The notes below the pieces were generated by a model. The model made no database searches, was not told where the DNA came from, and saw only the letters and a program-made list of their open reading frames with translations. A stretch of 52,333 nucleotides of DNA from an uncultured Streptococcus sp. (GTDB lineage Bacteria > Bacillota > Bacilli > Lactobacillales > Streptococcaceae), in assembly GCA_959025735.1 (NCBI GenBank), contig CAUFJQ010000001.1:1-52333 (forward strand), written 5' to 3'. Both the position numbers and the translations under genes were made by a program. Shown here piece after piece: positions 1 through 8,577 of the stretch. Numbering within the stretch: the first letter of the stretch is position 1; each line of letters starts with the position of its first letter.

Positions 1-46
1 TCTTCTCTGTAATATAGAGAGAAACCTCGCTTTTTACCTCTATTTA

Positions 47-55
47 TGGTATAAT
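47..55 (+). promoter_or_regulatory. Extended -10 promoter (TGgTATAAT) of the gdpP-rplI-dnaB operon
   Basis: tggtataat at 47-55, just upstream of RBS gagg and ATG 71. Confidence 0.7.
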
Positions 56-70
56 TCCGAGAAGAGGTTT

Positions 71-2050
71 ATGATGAAAAAATTTCGTTTATCGTTCATC
101 CATTATGTGTTAATTGGTTTTATTTCATTTGCAATTTTAGCAATTTTTTTAAGAATCTTTGGCAAAGGCTATGTAACTCTCATTGCAATTTTTTTAGTCT
201 TAGCTGGATTGATTGCTTTATTTGAATACCAGTTACAAATTTCAGAGTTAGATGAATTAGAACAAATACAATACGTTAACCATCAGGCAGAAAGCGGATT
301 AGCATCCCTCCTTGATAAAATGCCTGTTGGAGTTATCAAAATTAATGAAGAGACAAATGAAGTAGAGTGGTTCAACCCTTATGCTGAATTGATTTTTTCA
401 ACAGATGATGGGGACTTTGATGTTGAATCCTTGAAAAAGTTACTCAATACTCTGTTTGAGGATAAAGGTCATTATGTCACTGTAGCCGATAAGAAATATT
501 CTGTTTACTTTGATCAGACGTCTAGTGTTGTTTACTTTTTTGATGTTTCAAGTGAGTATGAAGCAACTGTGGGATTGGTGACAACTCGTCCCGTTATCGG
601 TATTATTTCTGTTGATAACTATGATGATCTAGAAGATGTCATTTCAGACTCTGATATTAGCAATATCAATAGTTTTATTGCCAACTTTGTAGAAGAGTTT
701 ACAGCTCATTACCATATGTTTTACAGACGTGTGGGGATGGATCGTTTCTATTTATTTACAGACTACACGGTCTTAGAACAGTTGATGGAATCAAAATTTT
801 CTGTCATCGATCAATTCCGTGAAGAAGCTAAAAATCGTGAGCTACCTATTACCTTAAGTATGGGATTCTCGTATGGTGACGGGGAGCATGATGAGATTGG
901 TAAAGTGGCTCTCTTGAACCTAAACCTTGCGGAAGTTCGTGGTGGGGATCAAGCAGTAGTCAAAGAAAACGATGAACAGAAAAACCCTATTTTCTTTGGT
1001 GGTGGAACAGCTTCTGCTGTGAAGCGGACGCGGACTCGCACACGCGCTATGATGACAGCTATTTCGGATAAGATTAAATCCGTTGATCAAGTTTTCATTG
1101 TTGGGCATAGAAACTTGGATATGGACGCTTTAGGAGCGTCTGTGGGAATGCAGTTTTTCTCTAGCAATATTTTGGCTTCCTCTTATGTGGTCTATGACTC
1201 GCATGCAATGGCTAGTGATATTTCAAGAGCAATTGCGAAACTAGAAGAAGAGCAGGTAACGAAAATCCTTCCCCTAGAGGAAGCCATGCAAATGGTGACG
1301 GATCGCTCTTTGTTAATTATGGTTGACCATTCTAAGACAGCCTTGACCCTTTCTAAAGAATTTTATCAGGAATTCCAACAGATTATTGTCATTGACCATC
1401 ATCGTCGGGATGATGATTTCCCTGAAAATGTTCTGATCACCTATATTGAAAGTGGAGCAAGTAGTGCGAGCGAATTGGTTAGTGAACTTATTCAGTTCCA
1501 GAAGTCGAAGAAAAATCGGTTAACGAAGATTCAAGCTAGTGTCTTGATGGCTGGAATTATGCTGGATACTAAGAACTTCTCCGCACGTGTTACGAGTCGG
1601 ACCTTTGATGTGGCGAGTTACCTTCGTTCAAGAGGTAGTGATAGTGTAACCATCCAGGAGATCTCTGCGATTCAGTTTGATGAGTACCGCGAAGTGAACG
1701 AACTGATCTTGACTGGTGAAAAGATTTTGCCGCATATCATCGTAGCTTGTGCCAATACGACTAAAGCCTATGATTCAGTAACTATTAGTAAAGCAGCTGA
1801 TAGTATGCTAGCCATGTCTGAGGTGGAAGCAACCTTTGTCATTGCTTGTAATCAAAGTGGAACTGTCTCGATTTCTGCACGAAGTCGAAGCAAAGTCAAT
1901 GTACAGCGTATCATGGAACAGCTTGGCGGAGGAGGTCATTTCAACTCGGCGGCTTCTCAAATTGAGGGTCAAGATTTAATGAGTATTCGTCAACAACTGA
2001 TTGAGACTATTGAAAACGAAGTAACTATTGAAAAGGAGAATGTGGAATGA
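71..2050 (+). CDS. gdpP: c-di-AMP phosphodiesterase GdpP (2 TM, PAS, degenerate GGDEF, DHH/DHHA1)
   Basis: N-terminal TM helices, [21 protein letters not shown] and GGGGH motifs; conserved gdpP-rplI-dnaB synteny. Confidence 0.95.
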   Translation: MMKKFRLSFIHYVLIGFISFAILAIFLRIFGKGYVTLIAIFLVLAGLIALFEYQLQISELDELEQIQYVNHQAESGLASLLDKMPVGVIKINEETNEVEWFNPYAELIFSTDDGDFDVESLKKLLNTLFEDKGHYVTVADKKYSVYFDQTSSVVYFFDVSSEYEATVGLVTTRPVIGIISVDNYDDLEDVISDSDISNINSFIANFVEEFTAHYHMFYRRVGMDRFYLFTDYTVLEQLMESKFSVIDQFREEAKNRELPITLSMGFSYGDGEHDEIGKVALLNLNLAEVRGGDQAVVKENDEQKNPIFFGGGTASAVKRTRTRTRAMMTAISDKIKSVDQVFIVGHRNLDMDALGASVGMQFFSSNILASSYVVYDSHAMASDISRAIAKLEEEQVTKILPLEEAMQMVTDRSLLIMVDHSKTALTLSKEFYQEFQQIIVIDHHRRDDDFPENVLITYIESGASSASELVSELIQFQKSKKNRLTKIQASVLMAGIMLDTKNFSARVTSRTFDVASYLRSRGSDSVTIQEISAIQFDEYREVNELILTGEKILPHIIVACANTTKAYDSVTISKAADSMLAMSEVEATFVIACNQSGTVSISARSRSKVNVQRIMEQLGGGGHFNSAASQIEGQDLMSIRQQLIETIENEVTIEKENVE

Positions 2051-2499
2051 AAGTTATTTTCTTAGCGGATGTAAAAGGTAAAGGTAAAAAGGGCGAAATT
2101 AAAGAAGTGCCTACTGGTTATGCACAAAACTTTTTGATCAAAAAAAATCTTGCGAAAGAAGCCAATGCCCAAGCAATCGGTGAGCTTCGTGGAAAACAAA
2201 AGTCAGAAGAAAAAGCGCATGCTGAATTGTTAGCGGAAGCGCAAAAGATTAAAGCAAAATTAGAAGAAGAAGCAACTGTTGTTCAATTCACTGAAAAAAT
2301 TGGGCCAGATGGCCGTACTTTCGGCTCTATTACTAATAAAAAGATTGCAGAAGAGCTTGAGAAACAATTTGGCATTAAAATTGATAAACGTCATATCCAA
2401 GTTTCCTCTCCAATTCGTTCAACAGGTTTGATTGACGTCCCTGTAAAAATTTATCAAGATGTTACAGGTGTGATTAATATTCGTGTAAATGAAGGGTAA
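2047..2499 (+). CDS. rplI: 50S ribosomal protein L9
   Basis: [30 protein letters not shown] signature, 150 aa. Confidence 0.98.
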   Translation: MKVIFLADVKGKGKKGEIKEVPTGYAQNFLIKKNLAKEANAQAIGELRGKQKSEEKAHAELLAEAQKIKAKLEEEATVVQFTEKIGPDGRTFGSITNKKIAEELEKQFGIKIDKRHIQVSSPIRSTGLIDVPVKIYQDVTGVINIRVNEG

Positions 2500-2524
2500 A
2501 CACGATCGATAGAAAGGTTTTTTT

Positions 2525-3883
2525 ATGGCTGAGATAGAGGAATTACGAACACAACCTCAGGATATCCAAGCGGAGCAATCAGTGTTGGGAGCCATCTTTA
2601 TTGATGAGGGGAAATTGGTCTTTGTTCGTGAATATATCGAGCCTGGCGATTTCTTTAAGTACTCGCACCGTTTGATTTTTAAAGCCATGATCGATCTAGC
2701 TGACCGCGGGGATGCGATTGATGCGACGACTGTTCGAAATATTTTAGATAGTCAGGGGGATCTCCAAAATATTGGCGGTCTCTCCTATTTGGTAGAAGTC
2801 ATTAATTCGGTACCAACTTCAGCTAACGCGGAGTATTACGCGAAGATTGTTGCCGAAAAAGCTGTCTTACGTCGATTGATCTCTCGATTAACGGAAAGTA
2901 TTAATCAAGCTTATGATGGTGCAAGTCCTTCAGATGAAATCATTGCGGGTGCTGAAAAAGCTCTGATTGATGTTAGTGAAAACGCAAATCGTAGTGGATT
3001 TAAAAATATTCGAGACATCTTGAATATAAATTTTGGTAGCTTAGAAGCCCGCTCGCTTCAAACCTCTGATATTACGGGTATTGCGACAGGCTATCGCGAT
3101 TTGGACCATATGACGACGGGGCTACATGAGGAAGAGTTGATTATTTTAGCGGCTCGTCCTGCAGTAGGAAAAACAGCCTTTGCTCTAAATATTGCTCAAA
3201 ATATCGGGACAAAGTTGGATAAGACAGTGGCTATTTTCTCATTAGAAATGGGTGCTGAAAGTTTGGTAGACCGGATGCTAGCTGCTGAAGGCTTAATTGA
3301 ATCCCATTCGATTCGTACAGGTCAATTGACGGATGAAGAGTGGCGAAAATATGCCATTGCTCAAGGAAATTTGGCCAATGCGAGTATTTACATCGATGAC
3401 ACTCCAGGAATTCGGATCACTGAGATTCGTTCGAGAGCAAGAAAATTAGCGCAGGAAACAGGTAATCTCGGTCTTATTCTGATTGACTACCTGCAGCTGA
3501 TTACAGGGACTGGAAGAGAAAACCGTCAACAGGAAGTTTCAGAAATTTCCCGTCAGTTAAAGATTTTGGCTAAGGAACTAAAAATTCCCGTTATTGCTTT
3601 GAGTCAGCTATCACGTGGTGTGGAACAGCGCCAAGACAAACGTCCTGTTCTTTCTGATATTCGTGAATCTGGATCGATTGAGCAGGATGCGGATATTGTT
3701 GCTTTCTTGTACCGTGATGATTATTATGATCGAGCTGGTGAAGAGGACGAAGATGGAATGCCCAATAATACGGTTGAAGTGATTATTGAGAAAAACCGTT
3801 CAGGTGCGCGTGGGACAGTCGAATTAATATTCCAAAAGGAATACAATAAATTCTCAAGTATTTCAAAGAGAGAGGATCAATAA
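2525..3883 (+). CDS. dnaB: Replicative DNA helicase (DnaB; DnaC in Firmicutes nomenclature)
   Basis: Walker A AARPAVGKT, IDYLQL, LSQLSR and ESGSIEQDAD motifs. Confidence 0.98.
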   Translation: MAEIEELRTQPQDIQAEQSVLGAIFIDEGKLVFVREYIEPGDFFKYSHRLIFKAMIDLADRGDAIDATTVRNILDSQGDLQNIGGLSYLVEVINSVPTSANAEYYAKIVAEKAVLRRLISRLTESINQAYDGASPSDEIIAGAEKALIDVSENANRSGFKNIRDILNINFGSLEARSLQTSDITGIATGYRDLDHMTTGLHEEELIILAARPAVGKTAFALNIAQNIGTKLDKTVAIFSLEMGAESLVDRMLAAEGLIESHSIRTGQLTDEEWRKYAIAQGNLANASIYIDDTPGIRITEIRSRARKLAQETGNLGLILIDYLQLITGTGRENRQQEVSEISRQLKILAKELKIPVIALSQLSRGVEQRQDKRPVLSDIRESGSIEQDADIVAFLYRDDYYDRAGEEDEDGMPNNTVEVIIEKNRSGARGTVELIFQKEYNKFSSISKREDQ

Positions 3884-3884
3884 G

Positions 3885-4157
3885 ATGAGTGATGCATTTA
3901 CAGATGTTGCAAAAATGAAAAAAATTAAGGAAGAAATTAAGGCCCATGAAGGACAAGTGGTTGAAATGACGCTTGAAAATGGACGGAAACGTCAAAAAAA
4001 TAAATTTGGACGCTTGATTGAGGTCTATCCTTCTTTATTTATTATCGAGTATACGAACGACAATAGTTTACCAGGTGAACCGGCCAATACATACGTGGAG
4101 TCTTACACCTATTCAGATATTTTAACAGAGAAGAATTTAATTCGTTATTTGGATTAA
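3885..4157 (+). CDS. veg: Veg family protein
   Basis: ENGRKR...EVYPSLFII...SYTYSDILT pattern, 90 aa, follows dnaB. Confidence 0.85.
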   Translation: MSDAFTDVAKMKKIKEEIKAHEGQVVEMTLENGRKRQKNKFGRLIEVYPSLFIIEYTNDNSLPGEPANTYVESYTYSDILTEKNLIRYLD

Positions 4158-4161
4158 TTCC

Positions 4162-4190
4162 TTGCTTTTATCGTCTAAAACAGTTATTAT
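4162..4190 (+). promoter_or_regulatory. Sigma-A promoter of the TPP-regulated operon
   Basis: TTGCTT(4162)-N17-TATTAT(4185) directly before the riboswitch. Confidence 0.55.
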
Positions 4191-4197
4191 AATAAAT

Positions 4198-4290
4198 ACA
4201 TATGGGAGTCTGTGTACAGTCTGAGAGGAAGTGTAAGCTTCGACCGCACCTGATCTGGGTAATGCCAGCGTAGGAAACAAATGAAATGTA
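4198..4290 (+). ncRNA. TPP (THI-box) riboswitch aptamer; boundaries approximate
   Basis: Hallmark motifs GGGAG...CTGAGA...ACCTGATCTGGGTAATGCCAGCGTAGGAA upstream of a thiamine-precursor transporter. Confidence 0.95.
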
Positions 4291-4319
4291 TTTTTCGTTA
4301 TGAGTGACCTTGTGCAATC

Positions 4320-4345
4320 CGTCTCCTATTTTGGAGGCGTTTTTT
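4320..4345 (+). terminator. Riboswitch expression-platform terminator
   Basis: cgtctcc-tatttt-ggaggcg hairpin followed by a T run, just before the RBS. Confidence 0.8.
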
Positions 4346-4367
4346 ATTTGTGAGAAAGGAGGTTACG

Positions 4368-5126
4368 ATGTCTCTTGTAAAAAGATATTCAAAACAGTTG
4401 ATAGGATTTGCAGGTTTTAGCAGCCTTCTTGTCTTATGGCAGCTAGCAGGATTTTTAAATATCCTCCCCAAATTTGTATTACCAACGCCACTTGAAATTG
4501 GGAATGCCTTTGTACGAGATCGAGCTCTCCTGATTCATCACAGTTTGTCTACCCTTCAAGTGGCCTTGATCGGACTTGTTATAGGGGTTCTTCTTGCTGC
4601 TGGCTTTGCGATTCTCATGGATAGTTTTCAATGGGTGAATGATCTGGTCTATCCTTTTATGGTTGTTATTCAAACCATTCCGACGATTGCCTTGGCCCCC
4701 ATCCTGGTTCTTTGGTTTGGTTATGGTATGCTTCCAAAACTAGTTTTGATCATTATTACGGTGGTATTTCCCATCGTAGTCAGTCTGTTAGATGGTTTTC
4801 GGCATTGCGATCAAGATATTCTGAGATTGTTTCAGATTATGCAAGCCAATCGCTTTCAGACCTTAGTTCATTATAAAATTCCTGCAGCGCTTCCTTATTT
4901 TTTTGCAGGTTTACGTGTGAGCGTTTCCTATGCTTTTATCAGTACGGTAGTTTCAGAATGGTTAGGAGGTTTTGATGGATTGGGGGTCTATATGATCCAA
5001 TCGAAGAAGTTATTTCAGTATGATACGATGTTTGCGATCATTGTATTGATTTCTGCTATTAGTTTACTCGGTATGTTTCTCGTTGACCAATTAGAACGAA
5101 CCATTCTGAAATGGAAAAAGGATTGA
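4368..5126 (+). CDS. ABC transporter permease, ThiX/SsuC-like (HMP/thiamine precursor)
   Basis: Multi-TM BPD permease; ATG 4368 follows AAGGAGG (ORF track starts at GTG 4350); under the TPP riboswitch. Confidence 0.85.
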   Translation: MSLVKRYSKQLIGFAGFSSLLVLWQLAGFLNILPKFVLPTPLEIGNAFVRDRALLIHHSLSTLQVALIGLVIGVLLAAGFAILMDSFQWVNDLVYPFMVVIQTIPTIALAPILVLWFGYGMLPKLVLIIITVVFPIVVSLLDGFRHCDQDILRLFQIMQANRFQTLVHYKIPAALPYFFAGLRVSVSYAFISTVVSEWLGGFDGLGVYMIQSKKLFQYDTMFAIIVLISAISLLGMFLVDQLERTILKWKKD

Positions 5127-5183
5127 CAAACTTGTAAATGGTGTAAAATTTAAATTGACAAAAATGTAAAAGAGGTATAGCTA

Positions 5184-6179
5184 ATGAAAAAGTCAATAGG
5201 TTTATTTTTCTCAATAATATTGGGATTTGTTTTCTTGAGTGCTTGTCAAAATTCTGTCAAGCAATCGTCAAGCGATTTGAAAAAGATTGATTTTATTCTA
5301 GATTGGACCCCGAATACCAATCATACGGGTCTCTATGTAGCAAAGGAAAAAGGGTATTTTAAAGATGCAGGACTGGATGTAGATATAAAACTTCCGCCGG
5401 AAGACAGTAGTTCTGATTTGATTATTAATGGGAAAGCTCCATTTGGTATTTATTTCCAAGATTCTATGGCCAAGAAATTGGATAAAGGTGCGGGGATTAC
5501 CGCTGTTGCAGCTATCGTCGAACACAATACGTCAGGGATTATTTCAAGAAAAGATGCAGCGATCACAAGTCCAAAAGATTTGGTTGGTAAGAAGTATGGT
5601 ACCTGGAATGATCCGATTGAGTTGGAAATGATCAAATCGATGATGAAAAAAGAGGGGGCTGATTTTAATCAAGTAAAATTGGTTCCAAATAGTGATTCAA
5701 ATTCCATTACTCCGATTGAAAATAAGGTCTTTGATGCTGCTTGGATTTATCACGGTTGGGATGGAATTTTGGCTGAGCAAAAGGGAATGAAGACCAATTT
5801 CTTCTATATGAAAGATTTTGTTCCTGCATTTGACTACTATTCGCCTGTTATTATTGCTAACAATGACTATTTGAAGTCTCATAAAGAGGAAGCAAAAAAA
5901 TTCATTCAAGCGGTGAAAAAAGGCTACCAATATGCTATAGAGCATCCGGAAGAAGCTGCGGATATCTTGATCAAACAGGCCCCTGCCTTAGCTAACCAGC
6001 GTGATTTTGTACTAGCTTCTCAAAAATATCTTTCCAGTCAATATGCTTCAGACAAGGATAAATGGGGGCAGTTTGACTCCAAGCGTTGGAATGCTTTTTA
6101 TGCTTGGGCAAAAGAGCAAGGATTGGTTTCAAATGACTTAGAAGACAAAGGTTTTACAAATGAATTGGTAGGTGACTGA
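5184..6179 (+). CDS. ABC substrate-binding lipoprotein, ThiY/NMT1-THI5 family
   Basis: Lipobox LSAC; LDWTPNTNHTG signature. Confidence 0.9.
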   Translation: MKKSIGLFFSIILGFVFLSACQNSVKQSSSDLKKIDFILDWTPNTNHTGLYVAKEKGYFKDAGLDVDIKLPPEDSSSDLIINGKAPFGIYFQDSMAKKLDKGAGITAVAAIVEHNTSGIISRKDAAITSPKDLVGKKYGTWNDPIELEMIKSMMKKEGADFNQVKLVPNSDSNSITPIENKVFDAAWIYHGWDGILAEQKGMKTNFFYMKDFVPAFDYYSPVIIANNDYLKSHKEEAKKFIQAVKKGYQYAIEHPEEAADILIKQAPALANQRDFVLASQKYLSSQYASDKDKWGQFDSKRWNAFYAWAKEQGLVSNDLEDKGFTNELVGD

Positions 6180-6903
6180 TATTTTAACCGTAAAAGATGT
6201 AAGTTTCTCTTTTGGAGATAAAGCAGTTTTAAACAATGTATCACTAGAAGTGCAAAAAGGAGAAATCGTCTCTATTCTAGGTCCAAGTGGGGTAGGGAAA
6301 TCAACCTTGTTTAATTTAATTGCTGGGATCTTTCCCTTACAAAAGGGCGCTATAGAAGTAGATGATGCCCCGATCTCCTTTGGAAAAGTCAGCTATATGC
6401 TACAAAAGGATCTTTTGTTAGAACATAAGACAGTATTGGGAAATATTATTCTTCCCCTTCAATTAAAAAAGATTCCTAAGGAAGAGGCAACATCTACAGC
6501 TCTAAAATTGTTAGATGAATTTAAATTGGGAAGTATTGCCAACCTTTATCCCAATGCCCTGAGTGGGGGGATGCGGCAACGGGTGGCGCTATTGAGAACC
6601 TATCTTCTGGGTCATTCTGTCTTCCTATTAGATGAAGCTTTTAGTGCCTTAGATGAATTGACAAGGCAGGATCTTTATCACTGGTATCTAGACAGTAAGG
6701 AACGTCTTGGTCTCACCACTCTAGTGATCACTCATAGTATCGAAGAAGCTTTGACATTGAGTGACCGGATCTATATCTTAAATCATAATCCCGGTGAAAT
6801 TATTGCAGATCTTCCTTTAAAATGGGATCCAGCAACGGATAGAGACTGGCAACAATTGCAATATAAAAAACGAATCATAGAATTATTGTCTGAATTTCAT
6901 TGA
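6172..6903 (+). CDS. ABC transporter ATP-binding subunit, ThiZ-like
   Basis: GPSGVGKST, LSGGMRQR, LLDEAF. Confidence 0.9.
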   Translation: MTDILTVKDVSFSFGDKAVLNNVSLEVQKGEIVSILGPSGVGKSTLFNLIAGIFPLQKGAIEVDDAPISFGKVSYMLQKDLLLEHKTVLGNIILPLQLKKIPKEEATSTALKLLDEFKLGSIANLYPNALSGGMRQRVALLRTYLLGHSVFLLDEAFSALDELTRQDLYHWYLDSKERLGLTTLVITHSIEEALTLSDRIYILNHNPGEIIADLPLKWDPATDRDWQQLQYKKRIIELLSEFH

Positions 6904-6919
6904 AATTGTTTTGAAGGAC

Positions 6920-7100
6920 TTTACAAAGTTTCTATTCCGTGATAGAATAGAATTCGTGCGAAATGACAGCAGGACAAAATGAAGCTCGTCAACAGGAAGT
7001 CAGCTAGAAAAGTAACCTTTGCTGTTTGGGCGAAGGCTTTCTGAACGAATCAGGTTTGTCTAAAACGTTATTTCCTACAAAAATTATTTTTATAGGAGGA
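6920..7100 (+). promoter_or_regulatory. rpsD promoter and structured 5' leader (probable S4 autoregulatory leader)
   Basis: TTTACA(6920)-N17-TAGAAT(6943) with TG; about 150-nt UTR with acagca...tgctgt pairing and a GTAA motif; Firmicutes rpsD leaders are established. Confidence 0.6.
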
Positions 7101-7108
7101 CATTTTAA

Positions 7109-7720
7109 ATGTCACGTTATACAGGACCATCTTGGAAACAATCTCGCCGTCTTGGCTTGTCACTTACAGGTACAGGTAAAGAATTGGCACGTCGTAACTA
7201 CGTACCAGGTCAACACGGACCAAACAACCGTTCAAAATTGTCAGAATACGGTTTGCAATTAGCTGAAAAACAAAAACTTCGTTTCTCTTACGGACTTGGT
7301 GAAAAACAATTCCGTAACTTGTTCGTACAAGCTACTAAAGTTAAAGAAGGAACTGTCGGTTTCAACTTCATGCTTCTTTTGGAACGTCGTTTGGATAACG
7401 TTGTTTACCGTCTTGGACTTGCGACTACTCGTCGTCAAGCTCGTCAATTCGTTAACCACGGTCACATCCTTGTTGACGGAAAACGCGTTGATATCCCTTC
7501 ATACCGTGTAACTCCAGGTCAAGTGATCTCAGTTCGCGAAAAATCAGCTAAAGTTCCAGCTATTCTTGAAGCTGTTGAAGCTACAGTTGGACGTCCAGCA
7601 TTCGTATCATTCGATGCTGACAAACTTGAAGGTTCATTGACTCGCCTTCCAGAACGCGATGAAATCAACCCAGAAATCAACGAAGCACTTGTCGTTGAAT
7701 TCTACAACAAAATGCTTTAA
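7109..7720 (+). CDS. rpsD: 30S ribosomal protein S4
   Basis: [16 protein letters not shown]...[12 protein letters not shown], 203 aa. Confidence 0.99.
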   Translation: MSRYTGPSWKQSRRLGLSLTGTGKELARRNYVPGQHGPNNRSKLSEYGLQLAEKQKLRFSYGLGEKQFRNLFVQATKVKEGTVGFNFMLLLERRLDNVVYRLGLATTRRQARQFVNHGHILVDGKRVDIPSYRVTPGQVISVREKSAKVPAILEAVEATVGRPAFVSFDADKLEGSLTRLPERDEINPEINEALVVEFYNKML

Positions 7721-7740
7721 TTTTAAGATATACCTTACAG

Positions 7741-7764
7741 AAAGCCTACAACAGTGGGCTTTTT
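7741..7764 (+). terminator. rpsD intrinsic terminator
   Basis: aaagccta...tgggcttttt. Confidence 0.75.
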
Positions 7765-7872
7765 GTTTTGTCTTAAAGGGTTGATTTCTGGCTTTGTTCA
7801 GTTACAAATTTTCTAAAGCTGTTTCATTAAATGAGACAGTTTTTTGTTTTCTTAAAACCTAAACCTGCTAAT

Positions 7873-7903
7873 AAAAAAACTCCTGATCTAGATCGATCAG
7901 GAG
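7873..7903 (-). terminator. tetR intrinsic terminator
   Basis: ctcctgatc-N6-gatcaggag hairpin with an A run on + (U run on -). Confidence 0.75.
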
Positions 7904-7909
7904 AGACTG

Positions 7910-8443
7910 TTACCGTAACATTTTCATTAAAAATTCAGCCATTTGTTGAGGGCTTTCTTTTTTTCCGCGAGAAACCCACATTTGACAGACTCCGAAGAAG
8001 GCATTGGTCAGATAGACAGAACTGTAGACTCTTTCAATATCTGTTAATGATTTATGACTATAGCGCTCTTGCAAACTATCAACCAGAAGAATCTGTAATT
8101 TATGTCGTAAGAAGGTTTGGATCTCTTTGGTTCCATTCTCTGTCAGAAGAACTGCAAAGAGTGGCTCCTTGGTTAGGAATTCGAACACTTCTGTAATCGC
8201 TTGGCGCTTGTCGTCTTGGTGTTTGTCAAAGATATATTCAAGCTTGTGAAAGAGTGCTTGTTGGTAGCGCTCGATCATATCGTACTTGTCTCGATAGTGG
8301 GTATAAAAGCTAGAGCGACTAATGCCGGATTCTTGTGCTAACTCAACCGTTGTGATTTGGTCGAATGATTCCTTTTCTAGTAGTCGAACCATCGCCTCCT
8401 CGATATTTCGTTTTGTTTTTAATCGTTTATTGCTCTCAGTCAT
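7910..8443 (-). CDS. TetR/AcrR family transcriptional regulator
   Basis: ITTVELAQESGISRSSFYTHYRDK helix-turn-helix; divergent from yhgE/pip. Confidence 0.93.
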   Translation of the reverse strand: MTESNKRLKTKRNIEEAMVRLLEKESFDQITTVELAQESGISRSSFYTHYRDKYDMIERYQQALFHKLEYIFDKHQDDKRQAITEVFEFLTKEPLFAVLLTENGTKEIQTFLRHKLQILLVDSLQERYSHKSLTDIERVYSSVYLTNAFFGVCQMWVSRGKKESPQQMAEFLMKMLR

Positions 8444-8466
8444 CTGTTAATCCTTTTTGCACAAAA

Positions 8467-8561
8467 TTATACACAGTGTCTAAAAATAAAGATTTCCTAC
8501 TTGTGAAAATTTCTAGAAACTGTATAATCTATTATATCAGAAATTTAGACAATGTGTATAA
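8467..8561. promoter_or_regulatory. Pair of inverted 18-bp candidate TetR operators flanking the divergent promoter region
   Basis: ttatacacagtgtctaaa (8467-8484) vs tttagacaatgtgtataa (8544-8561) are reverse complements with 1 mismatch. Confidence 0.65.
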
Positions 8562-8577
8562 AAAGGAGACAAAAAAT

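Noticed and set aside
7026..8196. ORFs 7026-7262, 7296-7511, 7259-7465 and 7831-8196
   Set aside because: Alternative-frame or antisense shadows of rpsD and tetR with no recognisable motifs
8365..8577. 71-aa N-terminal extension of YhgE in the ORF track
   Set aside because: It overlaps tetR and the promoter region; the RBS and family N-terminus point to ATG 8578
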